Assembly: GCF_006345805.1 (NCBI RefSeq)
Contig: NC_043021.1
Coordinates: 9,486,001-9,550,000 of the forward strand
Origin: Octopus sinensis
Taxonomy: Eukaryota
DNA: 64,000 nucleotides
Direction: 5' to 3'
In this document: positions 38,942 to 57,477 of the stretch, in pieces
Position numbering within the stretch: position 1 is the stretch's first letter
Layout of the letters: the number at the start of each line of letters is the position of its first letter
The notes under the pieces: model-generated
Database searches by the model: none
What the model saw: the letters and a program-made list of their open reading frames with translations, nothing else
What the model was told of the DNA's origin: nothing
Program-made: the position numbers and the translations under genes

Positions 38942-39003
38942 TTAAAGTGCACCATCCAACATACAGCATGGAAAAGTGGGTTTAAAAAGATAATGATGAT
39001 ATA

Positions 39004-39538
39004 TACAAGGTCTGATCAACAAGTGTCAAAAAACATCACAGATGTGCATGCACCTCTGAGGGGAAATTGTCGAATTACCATCCATGAGTTAACAGAGGAT
39101 GTGCAGATTAGTTACGGTTCATTGAAGACTTGGATACGAGATGCATGTCAGCCAAGTTTGTGCCAAAACTGCTTTCAGCTGACCAAGAATACACTTGTGT
39201 TTCAGTTGCACAAGATCTCCTTGATTGTGTTAAGAACAATGAAAACTTTTGGAAAACTTTGCGTAGGCCTCTGAGCAGGTATCGCCGAGCATCTGGCAAA
39301 ATTTGATGCAGATTCTTTGCTCAGTTTTCTCTGCCATGGCCATTGCAACAATCACACACTACACACCTTCCTTCCAAGCACTGCTGCAAACAGTGGAAGT
39401 GAGCTAGGATGTTAAAACTTAGTGCACATGCACAGCAGAGTTCAAGGTCAAACTGTGCCAAGCGGCCTCACTCTTTTGTGTGCTTTACCCTCATTACTAT
39501 GGCAACAGTCTGGAAACTTATTGGTCAGACCACGCATA
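39004..39538 (-). mobile_element. Internally deleted and rearranged mariner with both TIRs
   Basis: TIRs tacaaggtctgatcaacaag and (revcomp) tgcgtggtctgaccaataag with TA ends. The minus strand encodes MAEKTEQRICIKFCQMLGDTCSEAYAK from 39337; the plus strand encodes RITIHELTEDVQISYGS and SAKFVPKLLSADQ. Confidence 0.8.
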
Positions 39539-39908
39539 CTCTTTTACTTATTTCAGTCATTTGACTGCGGCCATGCTGGAGCACCGCCTTTAATCGAGCA
39601 ACTCGACTCCGGGACTTATTCTTTGTAAGCCCAGTACTTATTCTATCGGTCTCTTTTGCCGAACCGCTAAGTTACGGGTACGTAAACACACCAGCATCGG
39701 TTGTCAAGTGATGTTGGGGGGACAAACACAGACACACAAACACAGACACAAATATTCATATATACATATATACGACGGGTTTCTTTCAGTTTCCGTCTAC
39801 CAAATTCACTCACAAGGCTATAGTAGAAGACACTTGCCCAAGGTGCCACGCAGTGGGACTGAACCCGGAACCATGTGGTTGGTAAACAAGCTACTTACCA
39901 CACAGCCA
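39539..39908 (-). mobile_element. SINE-A, head-to-head with 40325-40723
   Basis: Consensus match with a small internal deletion. Confidence 0.9.
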
Positions 39909-39909
39909 A

Positions 39910-40310
39910 TTTGTCTGGGTGTGAAAACTAGATGCTGAGGGCCAACACGAAAGGTATGGTCCCAGCATTTAAGCACAAGAACCTTAAGAAAGCTGCTACG
40001 TTTATACATAGAGCACAAGGTAAACAACTTTGTCCAGCAGAAGCACGTCACCAAATATACGAGCAGGCAAGGACCATTCCTTACCAAAGTGAAAAAAGAT
40101 GAAAACTTGCCTGGTACAGACATGCATCCTGATATGGATCCCTGTTCAAAACCATTCTTCAGAGCAAAGTTACAGGAGGATATAGAAAATCCTTGTTGGA
40201 TAACATCAAGGACTAGATAGTTCTCAACACCACAGCCCTTTGGCATTTGAGGGAGGACAGGGACTAAAGTAGTGGCAACTCCAGCACTTGGGCTGTTCAG
40301 GCTTAGCCCG
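39910..40310 (+). mobile_element. RTE-like LINE 3' coding fossil
   Basis: LRKLLRLYIEHKVNNFV and KLAWYRHAS*YGSLFKTILQSKVTGG..RKSLLDNIKD*. Confidence 0.7.
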
Positions 40311-40324
40311 AGTATAAATTTAGT

Positions 40325-40723
40325 AGGCGCAGGAGTGGCTGTGTGGTAAGTAGCTTGCTTACCAACCACATGGTTCCGGGTTCAGTCCCACTGTGTGGCA
40401 CTTTGGGCAAGTGTCTTCTACTATAGCTTCGGGCCGACCAAAGCCTTGTGAGTGGATTTGGTAGACGGAAACTGAAAGAAGTCCATCGTATATATATACA
40501 TATATGTATATGTATGTGTGTGTATATGTTTGTGTGTTTCTGTTTGTCCCTCCAACATCGCTTGAAAACTGATGGTAGTGTGTTTACAGTTCGGCAAAGA
40601 GACCGATAGAATAAGTACTAGGCTTACAAAAACTAAGTAATGGGGTCGATTTTCTCGATGAAAGGTGGTGCTCCAGCATGGCCGCAGTCAAATGACTGAA
40701 ACAAATAAAAGAGAGTAAAAGAG
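40325..40723 (+). mobile_element. SINE-A full length
   Basis: Consensus match. Confidence 0.9.
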
Positions 40724-41423
40724 ATGATAATAATTATTCTGCTGAAAGTGGTAATGGTAATGATGACAGTAGCACCCATTGGTTTCAATGTATGAGTGTT
40801 TGAAGGAAAAGGTATTTACAAAAAAAAAACAACTTTAAAAATAAAAGGAGCTGCATCTATTTGTGATGGATGTGTGAATGTAATTTGAGTCCAGGGATGG
40901 ATTTTGCTATGTAATCACAAAGGGGACACTGGTGATTTTGATTTTTGCCTGGAATTGGACAAAAAATGTGTCTGTTGAATTAGAGCAAACCTGAACCAAA
41001 CCAAAATGATAATAATAATTATGCATGTGGGGCCAAATCCTGAGTTTGGCTAAAAAAATGGCAATGAAAAAAAAAAATAGAGACCCTAATTATAGAAGCT
41101 TATGATCAAGTGATAAAAACAAGCAACTTGAGAAAATATAAGTATGGGGAGAAGGTATCAGAAAAATGTAGAGTGTGTGGAATTTGGAATGGCACATGTT
41201 GCAGAATGTCCCAAGCTGGCACAAGGAGAATATAAGAAATGGAGGCATGACCAAGCTGTGGAAGTTATACACTGCAAGCTTTATCAGAAATGGGGATTTG
41301 AAGTTAGAGGTACATGGTTTGACCATCATGTTGAAAGAGTGCTGGAGTTGGAGAAATGCAAAATTTTGTGGGGTTTTCCTATCCAAATGGATAAGAAGCT
41401 AGAAAATAACAGACCAGGCATAA

Positions 41424-41803
41424 TCTCTATATATAAAACTGAAGTTGTCTGTGTGTGGCAGGTTTGGTGACCTTCAACTAACACTATCTCCTCCGAGACC
41501 CTGTGGCGCAAGTTGACCAAAATTGAAAGTATGATAGAAGGTTTGCCCTTCATTCTGTAGAAGATAAAAATCAAATCGGACCATGTTAAGATCAAAAATT
41601 ATTTACATCAAAAAGGTGCATTTTTTTCTATGAAAATCCCTATTTTCCCCGATTTTTTTACTGCTGTGTCGCTATTTTTCGGTGTATGAAAAATGTTCAC
41701 TTAAAGAGAATAACAAGCTACATAATGCAAAATTTTTACTTTTCAAAAATTCCATTTCTAAAGGGTCGAAACAAACCCGAGCAACGCCAGGCGATACTGC
41801 TAG
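41424..41803 (+). mobile_element. Non-autonomous Helitron (380 bp)
   Basis: Starts A|TC (41423/41424) and ends with a cccgagcaacgccagg hairpin-like motif and CTAG|T, with no TSD. Removing it restores the host LINE frame (ggc ata ata ata ata gac). Confidence 0.85.
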
Positions 41804-41975
41804 TAATAATAATAGACAAAGAAAAAACAAAACTGCTTATTAATTGACCCATCATGTCTGTTTGATTTGAGGAAAGTGGATGAAAAACAAAAAAATATAA
41901 TCCCTTAAAATTCAAAATTGCAAGAATTTGGATTATGGAAACTGTAAAGGTTGTGCATTGAGAACTGTAAGTTAA

Positions 41976-42184
41976 CCCTTTAGTGTTCGCATTATTCCGC
42001 CAAAATTAATCCTTTTTTATCCACATTGTTTTGAATTAATCATGTAGCTATGAGATTTTGATGAGGTTGCTGTTAATTTTTTAGACAATATTGTAAGGTT
42101 GGTGTGAGAGACCAGATAGGGCTAGTTTGAACATAAAACAGGTAAAATATTTTTGGCCGGATATGGCCGGTTTAAATGCTAAAG
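41976..42184. mobile_element. piggyBac-type MITE, third copy, right end truncated
   Basis: TTAA|CCCTTTAG start and same body; ends ctaaag then atatag, lacking ggttaa. Confidence 0.8.
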
Positions 42185-44039
42185 ATATAGACAAATGGTT
42201 GAATGAGATTGGAATAGAATGTCCCACATAGCTTCTACAGAAAATTTGCCTCTTGGTGACAGGAAAGGTTATCTGGAGGGTTTTAAGCACTTGAAAGACT
42301 ATTGATAGTTTGTGGATGTCTAAGGTTACAAGTAGTGACCTACTATCCACATAAATTCACAGGATTAAGAACGAACTCGAGTCAAATCAACAACAACGAT
42401 AATAATAATAATCCTTTCTACTATAGACACAAGGTCTGAAATTTTGTGGGAGGGGACTAAGTTGATTACATTGACCCCAATGTTTAACTGGGACTTAATT
42501 TATCGACCCCTAAAAGGATGAAAAGCAAAGTCGAATGACATAGGAGGGTAGGTTTGAGAGGCCAGATCTGGCCAGTTGGTTCCTATTTTACTCTACTGGA
42601 CCCTAATAGCCATTCAATGTTTTGAAAAATCCTATTATATATTTTTATTTGGGCAGACCCCAGGGACTCCTTCTAAAATTCCTATTTTGGTTACTGCACA
42701 TTCCCTTGTGTATGCTTAACTGTGTAAAAGAGTCTGGGTATGGATTTTGCTATGAAGTTGCAATGGGGACATTGATGATTTTGATTTCACCTGGGATTGG
42801 GTAAATGTGTCTGTTGATTGCAGGATATAATTAATTTTTTGTTCTTCTTCTATCACCACCATCTTCATTATCGTTGAACATCTGCTTTCCATGCTAGCAT
42901 GGGTCGGATGGTCTGACTGAGAACTGGCAAGCTGGGAGGCTGCACCAAGCTCCAGTCTGATTTGGCAAGGTTTCTGTAGCTGGATGCTCTTCCTAATGCC
43001 AACCACTCTGAAAGTGTAGCAGGTGCTTTTACCTTCCACTGGCACGGGAGCCAGTCAGGTGACACTGGAATCGGCCACACTTGCTTTAAATACATCTACA
43101 TGAACGACATGTAGATAGGTGCAGGCATGGCTGCTTCTCAACCACATGGTCCAAGCTTCAATCTCTCTGCATGGTACGTAGGGCACGTGTCTTCTACTGT
43201 AGTCTCGAGCCAACCAAAGTCTTCATCCTCATCCTCATCATTATCACTATTTGATGTCTGTTTTCCCTGCTAGCATGGGTTGGCTGGTTTGACTAGAACT
43301 GGTAAGGTCAGGAGCCATACCAGGCTGATACACTGGTATCAGCCACACTTGCTTTAGATACATCATCATCATCATCATCGTTTAACGTCCGCTTTCCATG
43401 CTAGCATGGGTTGGACGGTTCAACTGGGGTCTGGGAAGCCAGGAGGCTGCACCAAGCCCAGTCTGATCTGGCAGTGTTTCTACAGCTGGACGCCCTTCAT
43501 AATGCCAACCGCACCGTGAGTGTAGTGGGTGCTTTTTACATGCCACCTGCACAGGTGCCAGACGAGGCTGGCAAACAGCCACGATCGGATGGTACTTTTT
43601 ACGTGCCACATCTAAAGCAAAACTATTTCAGAGACCCATAAAATATCACTGTGGACCCAATGTACTATTTTGCTTGTGTGAACTCCTAAAAATCTTATGT
43701 GGGCTCTCAGGGGGTCATTTGGACCTAGGTTGAGAACCATCAGTCACACTCGAATGGTGCATTTTACATGCCACCAGTGCAGGTGCCAGTCAGGCAGCAC
43801 TGGTATAACATCGTTTGACAACCAATGCTGGTGTGTTTACGTCCCCATAACTTAGCGATTTGGCAAAAGAGACCGATAGAATAAGCACTAGGCTTTACAA
43901 AGAATAAGTCCTGGGGTTGATTTGGTTCGACTAAAGGCGGTGATCCAGCATGACCACAGTTAAATGACTGAAACAAGTAAAAGAGTAAAAAAAAAATAAG
44001 TAACAAGATAAAAGACCAGTCTGACCTACATTTTGGAAT

Positions 44040-44420
44040 TTAATGGGTGAAACAAAACGACACGCTTGTTAAATGACTTAAAATTGGAGCTCATCCGCTT
44101 TTGGAAAGAGGTTGAGCTTAAAAAACATGTTACATTGTTGTCCGTCAGGAGAATAACACTAGAGACTTGGGAGTAATTGCCGACAACAACCTCAATTGGA
44201 AATCCCGCATCAACAATAAAATCAATGTGGCTGACAAAATAAGCTTTTGGATCCTTATAACTTTCCAGTCCAGAAATCCAGATGTTAAAAATATTTTTAT
44301 ATTTTCTACTTGTTCACAGACCCAGCTGGAGTATTGGTTGATGTGATCCTTTGTGGTCTCCCCATATCAAAAAAAATATTTATGAAAATGGAGGTAGCTC
44401 AGCGAACAATTACAAAATAT
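44040..44420 (+). mobile_element. CR1/L2-like RT C-terminal fossil
   Basis: RDLGVIADNNLNWKSRIN, WILITFQSRNPDV, QLEY, LWSPYQKK, MEVAQRTITK. Confidence 0.75.
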
Positions 44421-45477
44421 TAAAAAAAATATATAAAAATGAATAAATAAAAATAAAATAAAATACAAAAGAAAGGATCATCTCAAAGTGCTCAGACCCT
44501 ATTTTCTCCATAATCTAATGAGACAATAATTTGATTAGTGGAAACTCAAAAAAAGCCTGATATGTATGTGTGTGTATGTGTGTAATATATATATATATAT
44601 TGAGACCCTCTTCAGTCATGACTGACTGTGGGATTGCACCTAGAAAGTTACCCTCCCAGGCACAAGTTCGGGCAAGGTTGTTTATGGAAGATCAGCAGTC
44701 GCCCATGCATACCGACGTCCCCTCTCTACGCCACCAACATTATCTAAGGGAAAGGCAAAGGGGCCGATACAGCTTGGCACCTGTGACGTTGCAACACATT
44801 CTTACAGCTGAGTGAACTGGAGCACGTGAAATAAAGTGTCTTGCACAAGAACAAAACACGCAGCCTGGTCCAGGATTCGAACTCACACCTCACGATCGTA
44901 AGCTCTACGCTCTAACCACTGAACCATGCACCTTCACAATATATATATATAATAATGACGATGATGATATGATGATGATGATGTTGATGATGATGATGAT
45001 GATGATGATGACTGTGGCTATTATCCAACCAGTTTGTTCTTGGTCTTTTGGTGGTTGGCTTGGCTTGAACTTGTCTTGTAATTCTTTCCTGTGATATTCC
45101 AATCAAACGTTCATACTACTGGAGCTACAGTGACCATTCAGTATGGAGAAGCAGTGGCTTGACCAAAGAAACCCCTTGATCTCTGAGCCACATACTCTAT
45201 TGAATAATGTTACCCAAAGATCCTTGAGAGGAATCCCATTTTAACCACTTGTATTCAAAATTGTGCTCTTTCAGTCATTATCCGGCATTGATGACTGTTG
45301 ATGCGGATAAGCATGGAAACTGAATCAAAGACACAAAATGTTTCCTAAATAAATGCAATATCTAAGAAGCACAAGTGGTAGTTTATGCATGCAAAGTCAT
45401 GTGTTGAAACAGATATTGTTGTATTTCAGGATGGTAATTTTTTTTTTTCTATGCCAAGTAAACACAAGCACTATATT

Positions 45478-45881
45478 ACTCTTTTACTTGTTTCAGTCAT
45501 TTGACTGTGGCCATACTGGAGCACCACCTTTAGTCGAGGAAATCGACCCCCAGGACTTATTCTTTGTAAGCCGCCTTGTACTTATTGTCTCGGTCTCTTT
45601 TGCCGAACCACTAAGTTATGGGGACGTAAACACACCAGCATCAGTTGTCAAGCGATGTTGGGGAGACAAACACAGACACACAAACACACACATATATATA
45701 TATATATACATTATATACGACAGGCTTCTTTCAGTTTCCGTCTACCAAATCTACTCACAAGGCTTTGGTTGGCCTGAGGCTATAGTAGAAGACACTTGTC
45801 CAAGGTGCCACGCAGTGGGAATGAACCCGGAACCATGTGGTTGGTAAGCAAGCTACTTACCACACAGCCACTCCTGCGCCT
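45478..45881 (-). mobile_element. SINE-A full length (older degraded copy follows to about 46150)
   Basis: Consensus match. Confidence 0.9.
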
Positions 45882-46264
45882 ATATGTATATATGTAAGTA
45901 TACACACAATCTTTTATTGGTATCCCAACATGGACCATGCCCATTGCCATGCTGGAGCACCACCTTGGAAGGCTTAGGTGAACAGATCAACACCCATTAC
46001 TTATTTTTCATTTTGAAAATCTGGTGCTTATTCTGTCAATCTTTTTTGCTGAACTCCTTGGTTATGCAGATGTAAACAAACCAGCACTGGTTGTCAAGCA
46101 AGGGGAGCAAAAACACAAACACATACATATGTACACACACACACACACAAACATATATACATACACTTTTTATTTCATTGTCAGAAGTTATTAAGTGGTT
46201 CAAAGTTCAAGAGTTTCCCCGCATTGACATACACACATATGTATACATACATATATATAATATA

Positions 46265-46323
<59 letters not shown>

Positions 46324-46589
46324 CATACATATACCTACGTACATACATACATATACATACATGCATAACATCAAAATCAAATGGAAATTGTAGTTGTGAT
46401 ACCCATGCCGGTGGTACATAAAAGGCACCCACTACACTCACGGAGTGGTTGGCGTTAGGAAGGGCATCCAGCTGTAGAAACATTGCCAGATAAGACTGGA
46501 GCCTGGTGCAGCCTCCTGGCTTCCCAGACCGCGGTCGAACCATGCAACCCATGCTAGCATGGAAAACGGACGTCAAATGATGATGATGA

Positions 46590-52400
<5,811 letters not shown>

Positions 52401-52828
52401 TACACTCACACGTACACACACCACGTTGTCACAAAAGATAACCTTGAGTCCTTGAACGTTAGCACTATTTGCACTGCACAGAAATATAATGGTGATCTGT
52501 AACTAGGAAGAAAAGCTTGCAGTTTGAGAAAAATCGGATTGGCCACCAAACTTGCGCAACGTAATGCTAAAAAAAACTGCAGGTTGTTGGGTATAGTAGA
52601 AGCAGGGCCAGATTCATGTATGTGCCAACCTGTGCCATGGCCCAGAGCGCTCTGCAGGCATTAGGATCTCTCTAGCCCAGAGAAGCAGAAACAATAGGAA
52701 ATATATTTACGGCAATCAAATGAATAATTTGTACACGTCTTTACTGCTTGTATTTGTTTCAGTCACTAGAGTGCGGCCATGCTGGGGTAACGCATCATAG
52801 GACTTTTCGTCGAACGAATCGATCCCAG

Positions 52829-53545
52829 TACTCTCTCTACTCTTTTACTTGTTTCAGTCATTTGACTGTGGCTGTGCTGGAGCACCGCCTTTAGTCGAGC
52901 AAATCGACCCCAGGACTTATTCTTTGTAAGTCTAGTACTTATTCTATCGCTCTATTTTGCCGAACCGCTAAGTTACAGGGATGTAACACACCAGCATCGG
53001 TTGTCAAGCGATGTTGGGGGGACAAACACAGACACTCAAACGTATACACACACACACACATATATATATATATACGACGGGCTTCTTTCAGTTTCCGTCT
53101 ACCAAATCCACTCACAAGGCTTTGGTCGGCCCGAAGCTATAGTAGAAGACACATACCCAAGGTGTCACGCAATGGGACTGAACCCGGAACCATGTGGTTG
53201 GTAAGCAAGCTACTTACCACACAGCTACTGCTACGCCTACTTATTTATTTTTTTCTTGAAGCCTGATACGTATTATATCGGCATTTCTTGCTGAACCGCT
53301 AAGTTACGGGGACGTAAATACATCAATACCAGTTGTCAAGCGGTAGAGGGGTGTGGAACAAATACACACACACAAACATACATATATATGACAGGCTTCT
53401 TTCAGTTTACGTCTACCAAATCTATTCAGAAGGCTTTGGTCAGTCTGAGGTTATTGTAGAAGATACTTGCCTAAGGTGCCACGCAGTGGGATCGAATTCG
53501 GAACCATGTGGTTGGGAAGCAAGCTTCTTACCACACAGTCACTCC
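52829..53545 (-). mobile_element. Two tandem SINE-A copies (52829-53238, about 53240-53545)
   Basis: Consensus matches of different ages. Confidence 0.85.
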
Positions 53546-53906
53546 CAATTTTTCAAAAATTTCAATAAAGTTCTTTGAAAATTATTGATTCCTCTTATGA
53601 TTTATTTCAGATTTAAAAAGCCATTGAATTTAACTGAGTCCTTCTGAATCTACCGAGGTCCTTATATATATATGTGTATGTGTGTGTGTGCAACGAAATC
53701 TCCTTAAACTAGAAACCCTTAAATATGTATTACCCTAGCCAAGAAGAACAACCACACGATATCATTGTATAGTATAAAGCAAACAACTAAAACCACCTTA
53801 AAAAAACAAAAAAAAAAATAAGAACCTGTAGCGGGGATTCGAAATCGAATTCCTGGATAAGCAGTCAAACATCACAACCATTTCACCTGATCAGTCTAAT
53901 AAGCAA

Positions 53907-53967
53907 CCAATCAGTGCTAAGCCAACGCGTGATTTAATCTTCTAAAATTTTCTTGTGCCCTATAAAA
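53907..53967 (+). promoter_or_regulatory. Candidate CCAAT box plus TATA box
   Basis: ccaatcag at 53907 and tataaaa at 53961, in plausible spacing, upstream of a CpG-richer stretch. Confidence 0.35.
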
Positions 53968-54320
53968 GGCCGCTTCTGACGGTAATTAAATGCAGAATGT
54001 TGAAGCAGCTGAGCGATATGTGCCTCCATTCTTGTCACATCAGATGGTTCCAGATATTTGCGCAGACTTCCCCAGGTTCTTGGACAGACTGAACTAAACA
54101 TTCACACAGGGTCTCATGAATAACTTGTTCGAACGCGCGCGATTTTTTCATTGTTTCCATAGTCTGTAGTTATTGTCGTCGATATCTGTACAAAGGCCAA
54201 CATAGTTTGTCTTTACGTGCGATAATAAAATATTCCGCTAAAGACTCGAGGTTGTTTCTTCAGTTACTTCTTTACGCAGCCCAAGAAACATACTTTCATT
54301 CAGCAACTCAGATACCACCA

Positions 54321-54448
54321 CAGACCAGACGACACAAATGCTCAGTCGACAATAGACCAGACGACACAAATGCTCAGTCGACAACAGACCAGACGACACA
54401 AATGCTCAGTCGATAACAGACCAGACGACACAAACGTTCAATCGACAA
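54321..54448. repeat. 32-bp minisatellite x4
   Basis: cagaccagacgacacaaatgctcagtcgacaa units start at 54321, 54353, 54385 and 54417; no spacers. Confidence 0.9.
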
Positions 54449-54634
54449 AACCAAGTATCCTTTAACAAACTCAACCTTTTTGAGAATGAGGGACAACTAA
54501 GAACAACGAAACCACAAGACATAACAGATTCAGAGAGAACAAACACTTCGAACATATACTCCTGTCATCAGCTGCCATACAAATATCATTATGATAAATT
54601 TTGGAAGTATACTTTAGTCACCATGGCTAATATC

Positions 54635-54977
54635 AGAAAATGTGGCATACACGGAGTATAATTATCTTATCTATGCGCCCTTTTCAAGCCTAGCCAGGCT
54701 CATGGGCCCGGTTTCCCTGTTTCTATGGCGTATGTGTTCACCCCAGCTGGACGGGATGCCAGTCCATCGCAGCGTTACTCAAGAAACAGGAAGAAAGAGT
54801 GAGAGAAAGTTGGGGCGAAAGAGTACAACAGGGGTCGCCACCACCCCCTGCCGGAGCCTCGTGGAGCTTTAGGTGTTTTCGCTCAATAATCACACACACA
54901 GCGCCCGGTCTGGAAATCGAAACCGCGATCTTCCGACAGTTAGTTCGCTGCTCTAACCACTGGGCCATTGCACCTCC
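54635..54977 (-). mobile_element. SINE-C (tRNA head ggaggcgcaatggcccagtggttag, body with gcgatggactggcatcccgtccag)
   Basis: Consensus shared with 1-260 (+), 5515-5870 (-) and 17603-17808 (-). Confidence 0.8.
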
Positions 54978-55331
54978 GAGTATAATTATAATATAGCTTT
55001 TATTAAATTTCCAGGTGCTTATGCAAAACGTTGACATAATACTAAATTTCAAAAGAAAAATAATTATTACTGTCATTTATGCCATCTACTTCTCCCAATC
55101 TTTCTATGATTTTTTCTGTTTCATATTGTGTGTGGTGGAGAAGGGGTGTTTCGTTGCCTGCTACCACACCTAGTATGTGTACTCCTACTCCTCCCATGTA
55201 AACTGCATCTCTGTTTTACTCTTCCCATCTTTACATAATGCAAAGAGTGACTGAAGAAACCAATAAATCAACCAACATTTATAATATCTGCTATGATTAA
55301 ATGATATCTATCTATCTATATCCCCCTGTAT

Positions 55332-55362
<31 letters not shown>

Positions 55363-56744
55363 GGGACTACAAGAGAAGTTTAACTAGGCGGAGAAAAATT
55401 ACTTTATGGCTCCCGAGACGGGGAGGAGTTTCTCGAAATCTTAGGGTACTGAAGCCTTCTTTGTTTGCGGGAGTGGGTAAGAAGAAGCCCCGGGTCTACA
55501 TACCGGCTGAAGCGTGCTCCCCTGAACCCTTTACACATTCATACATATATAAATGAAATGTTTGTAAAATCATTTGAGCAATGCAGGTGAGGAGTTAAGT
55601 AAGGTGATGTCAATGAATGAAAGCTAAGAGAAAAAAAATCTTGCATTGTTCTATATAGGCTATTTAACGATCCAATAATATTTCGGAAAATGTTCTCCTT
55701 TTCAAATTGAAGAAAATAATCAAAGCGTTCGGAGAAATATGTTATTGTTGGTAGCCACAAGCGCGCGAACCGTAGTGAATATGCAACTGTGTTTTATATA
55801 TTTCTTTTGTCATATCTTTTTATTTAAAATTGGTTTTGCTATATTTCAGTATGAATTCGTTACATTCGTTTGAAGTGGTAAAGTGTCTAAGAACATCAAA
55901 TAATTCTTCTGAGTCTGGTCACCCGAATAAAGTACTTCTAGATAAAAAGTAGAACTCGCAGGAAAAACTGAAAAATCAAAGCAATACTTTAGGTTAAAAC
56001 TAGGCCATAGTCTTTTGGTGACATCTTTTGAAAGAAAGCCTGCTTTCTCCACGCACTCAAACACACGCAGAAACATTTATAAAATGTATGTGGTGGTAGT
56101 CTCTCGTAGTCTGAGAAGGACGGTTCCGCAATCTCTTGCTGAACAACCTGCACAGATGATTCGTTTATTGTGATTAAATGTTTGTGTTGCAAATAAGCTC
56201 GCTCCCTTCCTGAATTCGATGATGTCAGAACAGGTCAGGTGTTGAAGTAATCGCAGAAGAAATGTGGCTAATGGCGTGAGTCTTGATTGGAAGAAAAGAA
56301 GAAGAAGAAGAAGAAGAAGAAGAAGAAGAAGAAGAAGAAGAAGAAGAAGAAGAAGAAGAAGAAGAAGAAGAAGAAGAAGAAGATGAGGAAACGGCCATCC
56401 AATAGCTGGGAGTAAGAGACCTCTAGTCGTTGTTTAGACATCTCTTTAGGAGAAAGGAAATTCCAAAATAACATCCGCCTCATTGCAAAGCCAGAAACCT
56501 TGCCCTTGCTTGTCTCTGATCTACTTGACTGAATTTTGCGATGTTGTGCAAGCTATTATTTACTGAACTAATTTTAAATTTCAGTACGGCATTGTTGGGA
56601 GCCGTTGTCTTTACCAATCCAAGAAAAGATAATTAGCCCCAGCTTTTGTCTTTAACATCCAGGATATGATAATCTGTCGGTGATGGTCATAGACATGTAC
56701 GAGTTGACAGTCACTATGTATGTATATATTTATATAAATGAGTG

Positions 56745-57088
56745 TGAAGGCGCATGGCTCAGTGGTTAGAGCGTCAAGCTTTCGATCGTGAGGTTGTGAG
56801 TTCGAATCCCGGACCGGACTGCGTGTTGTGTTCTTGAGCAAGACACTGCATTTCACGTTGCTCCAGTTCACTCAGCTGTAGAAATGAGCTGCGGCGTCAC
56901 ATGTGCCAAGCTGTATCGGCCCCTTTGCCATTCCCTTGGATAACACTGGTGGCGCGGAGAGGGAAGGCCGGTATGCATGGGCGACTGCTGGTCTTCCATA
57001 AACAACCTTGCCCGGACTTGTTCCTCGGAGGGTAACTTTCTAGGTGCAATCCCATGGTCAGTCATGACCGAAAGGAGGTGGGGGTCTC
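56745..57088 (+). mobile_element. SINE-D (tRNA head gaaggcgcatggctcagtggttag, gttgtgttcttgagcaagacact body)
   Basis: Consensus shared with 44602-44937 (-), 35546-35810 (+), 5392-5520 (+ head) and 33685-33855 (+ tail). Confidence 0.8.
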
Positions 57089-57477
57089 AGCAATATGAAT
57101 AAGTGTATGTTAATTAAGATAAAAATATATCCTCCAGATACAAAAGAAAATACATCGCGATGCAAACTCATTTATATAATGGAGAAGGCAAACTTTAAAA
57201 ATATGCATCTTCACTGTTTGAGTCACAGCATCCGATGTTTTGTAAAAATTTCCCACACGGATATAGTTTTGCATGCTAATTACGAATATTGCGTTTATGT
57301 TTTAAAGAAAGTTAGGAACCTGTAAAGATAAAAATATTTTCTAATTTTCCCCCAATCAGAAACCTCCATTTTCGTCAAACCTGAAATCACAATTGTTTTG
57401 TGCTGACGATCTCAGGAGGAGGGCCTTGTTATTATTTTTTTAATATAAAGAAAATAACAACATTAAGGTTGCGAATT

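Larger units (their letters stand above)
41090..42410 (+). mobile_element. 3' fragment of an RLE-type (R4/NeSL-like) non-LTR retrotransposon, split by two insertions
   Basis: HVAECPKLAQGEYKKWRHDQ (zinc-knuckle/RHD), ILWGFPIQMDKKLENNRPGII, CLLIDPSCLFD, KYNPLKFKIARIW, KDIDKWLNEIGI, LLQKICLL; (AAT)n tail near 42400. Confidence 0.8.

Noticed and set aside
54321-54448. CRISPR-like 32-bp repeats
   Set aside because: Head-to-tail with no spacers, no cas genes, eukaryotic context.
55960-56700. Unique-looking sequence around the second GAA tract as candidate exons
   Set aside because: All frames are short or unrecognisable, with no consistent splice pair.
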